Assembly: GCA_045613905.1 (NCBI GenBank)
Contig: JAZLBW010000002.1
Location: 68,502-132,501, forward strand
DNA length: 64,000 nt
Direction: 5' to 3'
Source of the DNA: Candidatus Caccoplasma sp.
GTDB lineage: Bacteria > Bacteroidota > Bacteroidia > Bacteroidales > G3-4614
The notes under the pieces are model-generated. The model was not told the DNA's origin and made no database searches. It saw only the letters and a list, made by a program, of their open reading frames with translations. Every line of letters starts with the position of its first letter. The first letter of the stretch is position 1. This document shows, piece by piece, positions 19,798-27,698 of the stretch. Both the position numbers and the translations under genes were made by a program.

Positions 19798-21078
19798 ATG
19801 GAAAGAGATAACAAAATATTTGACATCATCAAGAGAGAGAGAGAGCGTCAAATGAAGGGTATCGAGCTTATTGCTTCAGAGAACTTCGTTAGCGAGCAAG
19901 TTATGGAGGCTATGGGTTCATGCCTTACTAACAAATATGCTGAGGGCTACCCTGGTAAAAGATACTACGGTGGTTGCGAGGTTGTTGACGAATCAGAGCA
20001 ACTTGCTATAGACAGAATTAAAGAGCTTTACGGCGCGGAGTGGGCAAACGTTCAACCACACTCAGGAGCGCAAGCTAACATGGCTGTATTTATGGCATGT
20101 ATGAATCCCGGAGATAAATTCTTGGGATTGAACCTTTCTCACGGAGGGCACCTTTCACACGGTTCTCCAGTAAACTTCTCAGGACTTATGTTCCAAGCTT
20201 TGGAGTATGGTGTTAAAGAGGATACAGGATATGTTGATTACGAAATGATGGAAGAGGTTGCTCTTCGCGAGCGTCCAAAATTGCTTATCGGAGGTGCTTC
20301 GGCTTACTCTCGCGAGTGGGATTATGCTCGTATGCGCGCTATCGCAGATAAGATTGGAGCTATCTTCATGGTAGATATGGCTCACCCTGCAGGTCTTATC
20401 GGTGCAGGACTTTTGGAGAACCCTCTAAAATATGCTCACATCGTAACTTCAACAACTCACAAAACACTTCGTGGTCCTCGCGGTGGTATCATCTTGTTAG
20501 GAAAAGACTTCGATAACCCATGGGGTAAAACCACTCCCAAAGGCGAAATCCGCAAAATGTCTGCTTTGTTAGACTCTGCTGTATTCCCCGGAGTTCAAGG
20601 TGGACCTCTTGAGCATGTTATCGCAGCTAAAGCTGTTGCATTTGGCGAAGCTCTTACTCCTTCATACAAAGAGTATCAAACTCAAGTTAAAAAGAATGCT
20701 GCTTGCATGGCTAACGCATTCATCGAAAAAGGATACAAAATCATATCCGGAGGTACAGACAACCACTGTATGTTGATTGACCTTCGCACTAAATTCCCTG
20801 AACTAACAGGTAAAGTTGCCGAGAAAGTTCTTGTTTCTGCCGACATCACAGTTAACAAAAACATGGTTCCTTTCGACAGCCGTTCTCCATTCCAAACTTC
20901 GGGTATCCGCGTAGGTACTCCGGCTATCACTACTCGTGGAGCTAAAGAAGATTTGATGGTTAAAATAGTTGACCTTATCGACACTGTTCTTGCCAACCCC
21001 GAAAACGAGGCGGTTATCAAAACTGTTCGCGAAGAGGTTAACAAAACAATGAAAGATTACCCTCTATTCGCATACTAA
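19798..21078 (+). CDS. glyA: serine hydroxymethyltransferase
   Basis: 426 aa with the PLP-lysine motif [12 protein letters not shown]. Confidence 0.95.
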   Translation: MERDNKIFDIIKRERERQMKGIELIASENFVSEQVMEAMGSCLTNKYAEGYPGKRYYGGCEVVDESEQLAIDRIKELYGAEWANVQPHSGAQANMAVFMACMNPGDKFLGLNLSHGGHLSHGSPVNFSGLMFQALEYGVKEDTGYVDYEMMEEVALRERPKLLIGGASAYSREWDYARMRAIADKIGAIFMVDMAHPAGLIGAGLLENPLKYAHIVTSTTHKTLRGPRGGIILLGKDFDNPWGKTTPKGEIRKMSALLDSAVFPGVQGGPLEHVIAAKAVAFGEALTPSYKEYQTQVKKNAACMANAFIEKGYKIISGGTDNHCMLIDLRTKFPELTGKVAEKVLVSADITVNKNMVPFDSRSPFQTSGIRVGTPAITTRGAKEDLMVKIVDLIDTVLANPENEAVIKTVREEVNKTMKDYPLFAY

Positions 21079-21099
21079 GAGAGGTTGAAATAGTTAGAA

Positions 21100-21132
21100 A
21101 ATCCGCACATAAAAACGAGGTGCGGATTTTTT
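21100..21132 (+). terminator. rho-independent terminator of glyA
   Basis: 9-bp stem AATCCGCAC / GTGCGGATT followed by TTTT. Confidence 0.7.
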
Positions 21133-21186
21133 AACGTTATAACATCTATGAAAAATCGAATAATTTACTAATCAATTTAAATAATT

Positions 21187-22710
21187 ATGTTTACTAGTTT
21201 TAAAGGATTTGACCTTATTGACAAATACCAAAAAGCTAAGAAAGCAAAGAAAAACAATAAGAAAAGCAACAACGCAAAACTTTTAAAAATTTTGTTCGTT
21301 GTCGCAGTTTCTCTTATCTTGTGGTTCTTACCCTCTGACAGCTTTGGTATCGAGAATTTAACAGCAATCGAGCAACGAGTTATTGCTATTTTTGCATTTG
21401 CAGTGTTGATGTGGATTTTAGAAGCTATTCCATCTTGGTCTACTTCTATGTTGGTTGTTGTACTTCTGCTTGTAACTTGTTCTGATGGCGGATTAAACTT
21501 CCTTACTAAAGGTGCTGACGCCGCAACAATTGGTACTACAATCAAATATAAATCGTTGATGGCATGTTTTGCTGACCCAATCATCATGCTATTCATCGGA
21601 GGATTTGTTTTGGCAATAGCAGCGACTAAAAGCGGTTTGGACTCAGTTTTGGCAAAAGCATTGCTTAAACCTTTTGGTACACAATCAAAATTTGTTCTTT
21701 TAGGTTTCTTATTGGTAACAGCAATCTTCTCAATGTTCTTGAGCAATACTGCTACTGCCGCAATGATGCTAACTTTCCTTACTCCTGTATTGAAAGCTCT
21801 TCCTGCTGACGGTAAAGGTAAAATTGCATTGGCAATGGCTATTCCCGTTGCCGCAAACATTGGTGGTATGGGTACTCCTATTGGTACACCTCCAAATGCT
21901 ATCGCTCTAAAAGCATTGAACACTTCTATTGAAGATGGAGGTTTAGGAATGAACATTGGTTTTGGTGACTGGATGATGTTTATGATGCCATTTACCATTC
22001 TCTTAATATTCATCGGATGGTTCCTTTTGGTTAAGATGTTCCCATTCAAAGCTAAAACTATTGAGCTTGACATTAAAGGAGAGAACAAAAAAGATTGGCG
22101 TTCAACTCTTGTAAAAATTACATTCGCTGTAACAATCTTGTTGTGGATGACAGATAAAGTTACCGGACTAAATGCGAACGTTGTTGCCATGATTCCTGTT
22201 GGTGTATTCTGCGCTACAGGAGTTATCACTCGTAACGACTTGTCAGAGATTAACTGGAGCGTTCTTTGGATGGTAGCCGGAGGTTTTGCTCTTGGTGTTG
22301 CCCTTAACGAAAGTGGATTAGCTGCTCACATGATCAACTCTATTCCTTTCGATACTTGGGCTCCTCTATTGGTAATCATCGGTTCTGGTTTGATTTGCTA
22401 CCTATTGTCTAACTTTATCTCAAACACAGCTACTGCCGCATTGTTAGTTCCAATTTTGGCAGTTATAGGTAAAGGTATGGGTGATTCTCTTACTTCATTA
22501 GGTGGCGTTTCTGCTCTATTGATAGGTATTGCTATTTCAGCTTCATTGGCTATGATATTGCCAATCAGTACACCTCCTAATGCTTTGGCTCACGCAACAG
22601 GTATGATTGAACAAAAAGATATGGTTAAAACCGGAGTTATTATGGGTATTATAGGCTTGGTATTAGGTTACACAATGCTTATTGTACTTGGTTCATTCGG
22701 ACTTATCTAA
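21187..22710 (+). CDS. SLC13/DASS family anion:sodium symporter
   Basis: 507 aa and highly hydrophobic. Duplicated SNTATAA and GTPPNA hairpin motifs typical of DASS transporters. Confidence 0.85.
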   Translation: MFTSFKGFDLIDKYQKAKKAKKNNKKSNNAKLLKILFVVAVSLILWFLPSDSFGIENLTAIEQRVIAIFAFAVLMWILEAIPSWSTSMLVVVLLLVTCSDGGLNFLTKGADAATIGTTIKYKSLMACFADPIIMLFIGGFVLAIAATKSGLDSVLAKALLKPFGTQSKFVLLGFLLVTAIFSMFLSNTATAAMMLTFLTPVLKALPADGKGKIALAMAIPVAANIGGMGTPIGTPPNAIALKALNTSIEDGGLGMNIGFGDWMMFMMPFTILLIFIGWFLLVKMFPFKAKTIELDIKGENKKDWRSTLVKITFAVTILLWMTDKVTGLNANVVAMIPVGVFCATGVITRNDLSEINWSVLWMVAGGFALGVALNESGLAAHMINSIPFDTWAPLLVIIGSGLICYLLSNFISNTATAALLVPILAVIGKGMGDSLTSLGGVSALLIGIAISASLAMILPISTPPNALAHATGMIEQKDMVKTGVIMGIIGLVLGYTMLIVLGSFGLI

Positions 22711-22713
22711 TTT

Positions 22714-22791
22714 TAATTAGGAATTAGTACGGCACTTCGTGCCAATTAGAAATTAGAAATTAGAAATTAGAAATTAATTAATTCCTAATTA
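22714..22791. repeat. TTAG-heptamer/hairpin element, copy E (MITE-like, with terminal inverted repeats)
   Basis: 13-bp TIR TAATTAGGAATTA (22714-22726) / TAATTCCTAATTA (22779-22791). Internal hairpin GGCACTTCGTGCC. Four tandem AATTAGA units. Confidence 0.7.
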
Positions 22792-22804
22792 TTCAAAATA
22801 ATAT

Positions 22805-23110
22805 TTGCGAACCCTGAAAGTATCAAACTTTCGGGGTTCGTTTTTTATATGTATTTTAAGCGGCCACACTATTGCTTATAAGGAAGAACGATATTGCCAG
22901 TCATATACATACCTTGGAAAAACGGAATACGAATATGACAAAAACAATAATCTAACAGAGGAAACTAAATATTATTTTTATGGTCCTATAGAATCTAAGG
23001 TAATTTACGAATACGACTCCGTAGGTAATACTATAAAAAAATTTTATTGTCTTAACAATGACGACAAACTAGTGATTAGCGAGATTGACACACTAAAACT
23101 ATCTTTTTAA
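22805..23110 (+). pseudogene. possible orphan YD/RHS-repeat-like fragment
   Basis: The ORF has no ATG (TTG start) and its first codons overlap the terminator hairpin. Contains YD-like strings YEYDKNNNLTEE and YEYDSVGNTIKK. Confidence 0.2.
22808..22846 (+). terminator. rho-independent terminator of the DASS transporter gene
   Basis: 14-bp stem CGAACCCTGAAAGT / ACTTTCGGGGTTCG (one G-U pair), 5-nt loop, then TTTTTT. Confidence 0.75.
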
Positions 23111-23258
23111 TTAAGATATTATTAATGCATATGAATTCATTCTTGTTCCTCCCTCATATCCCCTCTTCTACCCTTTAAATATGGGATATTTTTAAATAAT
23201 AAATAAGTATTTAGAAAAGTTCACACATATATAAATTATTAACATTTATTAACAGATA

Positions 23259-23266
23259 GGGGGGGG
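23259..23266. repeat. poly-G tract (G8) in a promoter-proximal intergenic region
   Basis: Eight consecutive G in an otherwise AT-rich spacer, about 31 bp upstream of the first -7 box. Confidence 0.9.
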
Positions 23267-23296
23267 TAAAATTTACATAAAATATTTTGCAAGTCA

Positions 23297-23316
23297 TATC
23301 TTTGCCCATATATTTG
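23297..23316 (+). promoter_or_regulatory. two tandem -7 promoter boxes (TATCTTTG, TATATTTG) upstream of the small lipoprotein gene
   Basis: Exact TAnnTTTG matches at 23297-23304 and 23309-23316, 60-80 bp upstream of ATG 23379. Confidence 0.45.
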
Positions 23317-23378
23317 CACGAGATTTCTAAACTCAATTTATTTTCATCATGAAAGAGCAAATAAGGCTGCCCAACGCG

Positions 23379-23747
23379 ATGAAAAAGATTTTATTTATGA
23401 TGGCTATAGCTCTTGGGCTATTAGTAAGTTCTTGTGGTATTACACAACAAGCTACTCAAAACGTAAACGAGTTGCAAACTCAAGTTGTTTTAACAGAGGC
23501 TAACTACCAAGTTGTTGGTACTGCAACCGCAGAATTAACTCAAAAGTATGTATTTGGCTTTGGTGGTATCTCTAAAAAAACTCTTGGACAATCAGCTATG
23601 AGCGCTATGATGAAAAATGCAGATCTTCAAGGTGGAGCTCGTGCTATCATCAACGCTAACGTTGAGTACGATGTTGTTTCTTACTTAGGAATCTACACTA
23701 AAGTTACTGCTACTGCAACAGGAACTATCATCGAATTTACAAAGTAA
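23379..23747 (+). CDS. hypothetical small lipoprotein
   Basis: Start moved to MKKILFMMAIALGLLVSSCG (lipobox). 122 aa. A strong terminator follows. Confidence 0.6.
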   Translation: MKKILFMMAIALGLLVSSCGITQQATQNVNELQTQVVLTEANYQVVGTATAELTQKYVFGFGGISKKTLGQSAMSAMMKNADLQGGARAIINANVEYDVVSYLGIYTKVTATATGTIIEFTK

Positions 23748-23771
23748 TTTATTAATTGCTTAATAACAGAA

Positions 23772-23804
23772 AGAGGTGCAAATTCGATTTGCGCCTCTTT
23801 TTTG
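23772..23804 (+). terminator. rho-independent terminator
   Basis: 12-bp stem AGAGGTGCAAAT / ATTTGCGCCTCT (one G-U pair), loop TCG, then TTTTTT. Confidence 0.75.
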
Positions 23805-24012
23805 TGCCATTATTCAGGGAAAAACTTAAAGTAAGTTTTTTGCCTCCTTTACTCTCGGTTATTAGTTCATTGGTATTTCCGGATTTGGAACAGATAGAGG
23901 CAAGCCTCCCTCTTGTGAGAGATAGAACATATACAGCACAACCGGCTCTGTGCCTCGATTCTCGCCAATAATTTTAATATCTGATAGAGGTCTATTAATC
24001 AACTGTAAAAAA

Positions 24013-24058
24013 ATAATCATATATAGAAGTGCAATAACAGCCTCCTATATATGATTAT
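24013..24058 (-). terminator. hairpin terminator downstream of the S41 peptidase gene
   Basis: 14-bp AT-rich perfect stem ATAATCATATATAG / CTATATATGATTAT with an 18-nt loop, followed on the minus strand by TTTTTTT. Confidence 0.5.
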
Positions 24059-24076
24059 CCCAAACTCTATTTTTTA

Positions 24077-25108
24077 TTATTTTGCAGACAAGAACTCTAT
24101 TGCTTTGTCCAATATCGCATCTTTGCCTGTGATGTGGGCATCAGGTGCAACATCTACTTTAAAGCCTTCGGTTGGGTCAATTCCATACTCAGTGTGAACT
24201 TTGTTTATATCGAGCATTGGAATTGCTGATAGACGTACATACCATCCATTTGGAAGGTCAAAGTTACGAGGGACTCCTCCTCCTCCTCCTGAGCGGTCGC
24301 CAATGATTGTTACATTGTCAAGCACTTTCATTGTGCGAACAAAGTCGTTTGCGGCACTATATACTCCTCGATTTGTTAGGACTACCACTTCTTTAAGGAA
24401 TTTTACAAACTCTTTTTTCTTTACTGTTATGTAATCGGGTATAGTATCGGCAAATTCGCTATGACCGGGACCTGTTTTGTATATTTTATAACCACACAAT
24501 ACTTTTTCCTCTTTTGAAAATCGGCATGCTATCTTATTGACATTATCCAAATTTCCTCCTCCATTGCTACGAATATCAATAATTACACCTTTACAATCTT
24601 TGAATTGTGTTAGTATGTGGTCGAGGAGAGCATCAGTAAACTCGCTTGAGAATGAGTCGTAATGCATGTATCCAATATTCTCGGGCAATACTTTGTAAAC
24701 GAATCCACTTTTAATATGAAACTCATTTTCAAGATAGTTTTCGTGAACTATACGCTCACTATAGTTCTCGGGATAATCTTGAGACCATCTCCAATATACT
24801 GAGGTATCATAATTGTAGGAAAGGTTAACGTGTCCGTCTTTTAACTCAGCAAGCATTTTGGTGCATACATCAAACAACTCATCATTGTCCATGCCGTTGT
24901 AAACCAAAGGACGGTATTTTGCATACACCTCATTCCAGTCTATTCCTTTATAGTCGAAGAAGCAATAGTATTCGTCACATATTTTCCATAACATATCGAA
25001 GTTTCCTTCTGCATTATCTACGATGTCTTTATCATCATATATGTAACACGACTGCAAGGGTAATATAAACAGAAGGGCGGCTATAAAAATTCTAAATTTT
25101 GGTTTCAT
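24077..25108 (-). CDS. S41 family peptidase lipoprotein
   Basis: Lipobox LQSC. Tail-specific-protease-like core IIDIRSNGGGN and a downstream GDRSGGGGG region. Confidence 0.8.
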   Translation of the reverse strand: MKPKFRIFIAALLFILPLQSCYIYDDKDIVDNAEGNFDMLWKICDEYYCFFDYKGIDWNEVYAKYRPLVYNGMDNDELFDVCTKMLAELKDGHVNLSYNYDTSVYWRWSQDYPENYSERIVHENYLENEFHIKSGFVYKVLPENIGYMHYDSFSSEFTDALLDHILTQFKDCKGVIIDIRSNGGGNLDNVNKIACRFSKEEKVLCGYKIYKTGPGHSEFADTIPDYITVKKKEFVKFLKEVVVLTNRGVYSAANDFVRTMKVLDNVTIIGDRSGGGGGVPRNFDLPNGWYVRLSAIPMLDINKVHTEYGIDPTEGFKVDVAPDAHITGKDAILDKAIEFLSAK

Positions 25109-25110
25109 GA

Positions 25111-25959
25111 TTAATATGTATAAAGTGCTGTTTTTATTTTCTTATTTGCATTTTTCGGGCTCCAACGCATCAACTCTCCGGCAAAGCCCAAAACAAAGTT
25201 GTGCGATACGTATTGGAAGTGATTGGTTGTTGCATAGTTGGTAAGGATGTCGTTGTTATATCCTAAACGCAATGCCCATGAGCTGAAATGTAGATCGAAA
25301 TGCAGACGGTTGCGCATGTTAAAGTGTCTGCCCCATGAGCCCCCTGTCCATCCATCTGCAAAACCACTTGCTAAGTATCCTTGTTTGAGTTGTATGAATG
25401 CAGACAATACAGGCAGCGACATTTGGTAACGTGATGTTACAGGCACCTTGCCCAATTTGAAGTCGTAAACAGCCATCCCTGTGAATCCAACAGATATGTC
25501 TCCTTTGAAAGCCTTAGGGTTATTTCCTCCGTGAACATTGCTTATAACTCCTCCCAATACATTTAGGTCTGCTCCGTAATATAGTCGGAATTTAGGAGCC
25601 ACTGTGCTATGGGTCATCATTCCGAATGTGTAGTTAGCAAGATGTACTTTTGAACTACCGTTTCCTGATATTGCCATATCTCCGGTGCTATAGATATAGC
25701 GAAGCTGATGTTGTTGTACCCATTTTGACTCTCCTCTACATGCTCGCATCATCTCAAGGCTCAACGAAAGGTTTGCTCCACTAAATGTGAAGTAAGAGAG
25801 AGGTTTTTCTACCCAAGCAGCGCCTCCTATATTCAGTTCAAACGCTGTGTAAAGCGGACGATAAATGGTATCGTTTTCTGACTTTTTTTTGGCAAACATT
25901 GCTATAGGCATTGCCAAAAGGAGCATTCCGCATAGTAATTTTTTTAAGGTTTGTTTCAT
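25111..25959 (-). CDS. hypothetical outer-membrane protein (beta-barrel-like)
   Basis: Signal peptide, alternating strand pattern, aromatic C-terminus (ALYTY). 2-nt gap to the S41 gene. Confidence 0.55.
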   Translation of the reverse strand: MKQTLKKLLCGMLLLAMPIAMFAKKKSENDTIYRPLYTAFELNIGGAAWVEKPLSYFTFSGANLSLSLEMMRACRGESKWVQQHQLRYIYSTGDMAISGNGSSKVHLANYTFGMMTHSTVAPKFRLYYGADLNVLGGVISNVHGGNNPKAFKGDISVGFTGMAVYDFKLGKVPVTSRYQMSLPVLSAFIQLKQGYLASGFADGWTGGSWGRHFNMRNRLHFDLHFSSWALRLGYNNDILTNYATTNHFQYVSHNFVLGFAGELMRWSPKNANKKIKTALYTY

Positions 25960-26155
25960 TGTTTTTGATTATATCTGTTTTATTAAATTGTTTCTTACTA
26001 TAAAATTTATCGATTCTGATTTCGACTACAGAAGTAAAAAATTTTAAGTGAAAAATATTAATTCATATCCACTTTATATAAGCGAAACAATAATGATTTG
26101 CACAAATGATAATAAAGATATGAACAACTGACAAAAACGTCCTTATTAAGGAGTC

Positions 26156-26707
26156 TTAATTGAGAGTTACTGCTTTATATTCATAACCGAGTCGGTTAAG
26201 TTCAAGAGCTGCACCTATACGGTAAAGCACCTTACAAGCACGAGCAAAGGTATGAAATGCCATTATTGATTGAGGTTCGATACCACTATGATGAATTTGA
26301 GACAAGGTATGCTCTGCCACCACGCGAATGGTATCTTTAAGACGGGTTGCTTCGGCACTGTTTTGAGGAAGTGCCAACATATCGAATACTATATGGTCGT
26401 CCATATCGTCAAATCCACGAGGGCCATAAAACTCGGCATATGCCATATTGCTACACTTCTCCCAATCGGTATGCCATCCGTTTGCTATTGCCATTCCCAA
26501 ATATGATGCCCAAGCTAACGCCACCGTCGGGTATTGTGCTATCTCTTTTACTGCATCTACCATATACTCGGGTGCTAAATCGTGCCAACGTTGTTCAATG
26601 TCTGCACTCTCGAGCAATGTTCCCGACAACATTCCATTGTTTGTACACATTCTCAATAGACTATCTTGCAGTGATGTCTCAAATTTGTCAAGAAATTCGT
26701 AGTCCAT
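26156..26707 (-). CDS. hypothetical cytoplasmic protein
   Basis: 183-aa ORF with no signal peptide and no recognised family. Confidence 0.5.
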   Translation of the reverse strand: MDYEFLDKFETSLQDSLLRMCTNNGMLSGTLLESADIEQRWHDLAPEYMVDAVKEIAQYPTVALAWASYLGMAIANGWHTDWEKCSNMAYAEFYGPRGFDDMDDHIVFDMLALPQNSAEATRLKDTIRVVAEHTLSQIHHSGIEPQSIMAFHTFARACKVLYRIGAALELNRLGYEYKAVTLN

Positions 26708-26760
26708 ATGTTATTTATTGTTTTCTGAAATTATTCAATATAGCGTTGAATATCAAAATA

Positions 26761-26786
26761 AAAAAAGCTGCACAAAGTGCAGCTTT
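26761..26786 (-). terminator. terminator hairpin immediately 3' of tRNA-Arg
   Basis: On the minus strand: AAAGCTGCAC-TTT-GTGCAGCTTT followed by TTT. Confidence 0.65.
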
Positions 26787-26787
26787 G

Positions 26788-26864
26788 TGGTGATCGAGCT
26801 GGGATTCGAACCCAGGACCCACAGCTTAGAAGGCTGTTGCTCTATCCAGCTGAGCTACCCGACC
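26788..26864 (-). tRNA. tRNA-Arg (anticodon TCT), CCA encoded
   Basis: Folded by hand into a full cloverleaf. Acceptor GGTCGGG/CTCGATC, D-arm GCTC/GAGC, anticodon stem ACAGC/GCTGT with loop CTTCTAA, T-arm CTGGG-TTCGAAT-CCCAG, discriminator A plus CCA. 77 nt. Confidence 0.95.
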
Positions 26865-26901
26865 GACCTTATTGGCATATGCCTTAATGACATTTGCGGT
26901 G

Positions 26902-26909
26902 CAAAGGTA
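26902..26909 (-). promoter_or_regulatory. -7 promoter box TACCTTTG for tRNA-Arg
   Basis: Exact TAnnTTTG match 38 nt upstream of the tRNA 5' end. Embedded in a module shared with the rpsF promoter. Confidence 0.5.
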
Positions 26910-26954
26910 GTAACTTTATTTTAAATATGCAAATTGTTTTAAGGTTTAGTTTTG

Positions 26955-27683
26955 TTAGCCTCGTATTTGATGTAATATTGCCTGAAACAGCATTATATCT
27001 GAGGGCATGGTTAGTTTGAAATTTATCATTTCGCCTTTTGCCGGGTATAGTGGCACATGACCCAATTCACACGCTAAAGTAAATATGGATTGAGAGTATG
27101 TTATTCCTCGTTGCTCTGCCTCCGCAAACATCTCTGCCAACTCCTTTAGGTGGAATGTATGTGGTGTTTGTGCGCGAAGGAGTTCTTCGCGAAGTATGTA
27201 ATCCGATGCTACTATATCTTCGTTGGCAACATCTGTTTTTTTATCTATCTGCATATAGCTCTCTTGGCTTTGCAACGATGTTATTGCATTTCCTCTTGAA
27301 AGGCATACCGATATGTTGCTACTTATTATGTCTTGCGATACCAAGGGGCGTACTGCGTCGTGTACCAACACTACTGTACTCTCCTCCTCTTTCTCTTGTA
27401 TGGCTAGTATTCCGTTTCGCGCTGACATAAAACTATTTTCGCCAGAGTTTATACATTGTGCAAATTTTGTTATGCCTGCTGCCTTTGCTTGTTGGCGTAC
27501 TGTGTTTTGCCATTCGGGCGAAGATACTACATAGATTGCACTGATTAGCATGTGTTGCTGAAATGCCAACATTGTATGTTGGAGGACTGATAATCCGTCC
27601 ACCATTACAAATTGCTTGGGAATGGAGAGGTTCATTCTGTTTCCTACTCCTCCTGCAAGTATCAGTGCAACACTTTTATTCAT
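26955..27683 (-). CDS. IspD/TarI family cytidylyltransferase (2-C-methyl-D-erythritol-4-phosphate or polyol-phosphate cytidylyltransferase)
   Basis: N-terminal LILAGGVGNRMNLSIPKQF, with VHDAVRP and QTPH motifs. 242 aa. Confidence 0.75.
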   Translation of the reverse strand: MNKSVALILAGGVGNRMNLSIPKQFVMVDGLSVLQHTMLAFQQHMLISAIYVVSSPEWQNTVRQQAKAAGITKFAQCINSGENSFMSARNGILAIQEKEEESTVVLVHDAVRPLVSQDIISSNISVCLSRGNAITSLQSQESYMQIDKKTDVANEDIVASDYILREELLRAQTPHTFHLKELAEMFAEAEQRGITYSQSIFTLACELGHVPLYPAKGEMINFKLTMPSDIMLFQAILHQIRG

Positions 27684-27698
27684 GGATGGTTGGTATGA

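Noticed and set aside
21177-22229. 350-aa ORF on the minus strand
   Set aside because: It lies entirely antisense to the DASS transporter gene, whose duplicated SNTATAA/GTPPNA motifs make the plus-strand frame the real one. The antisense product is low-complexity (I/A/N/K rich) with no motifs. This is a typical shadow ORF.
23756-23971. 71-aa plus-strand ORF
   Set aside because: It starts inside the strong terminator hairpin at 23772-23804, has no promoter, and its sequence is compositionally odd with no motifs.
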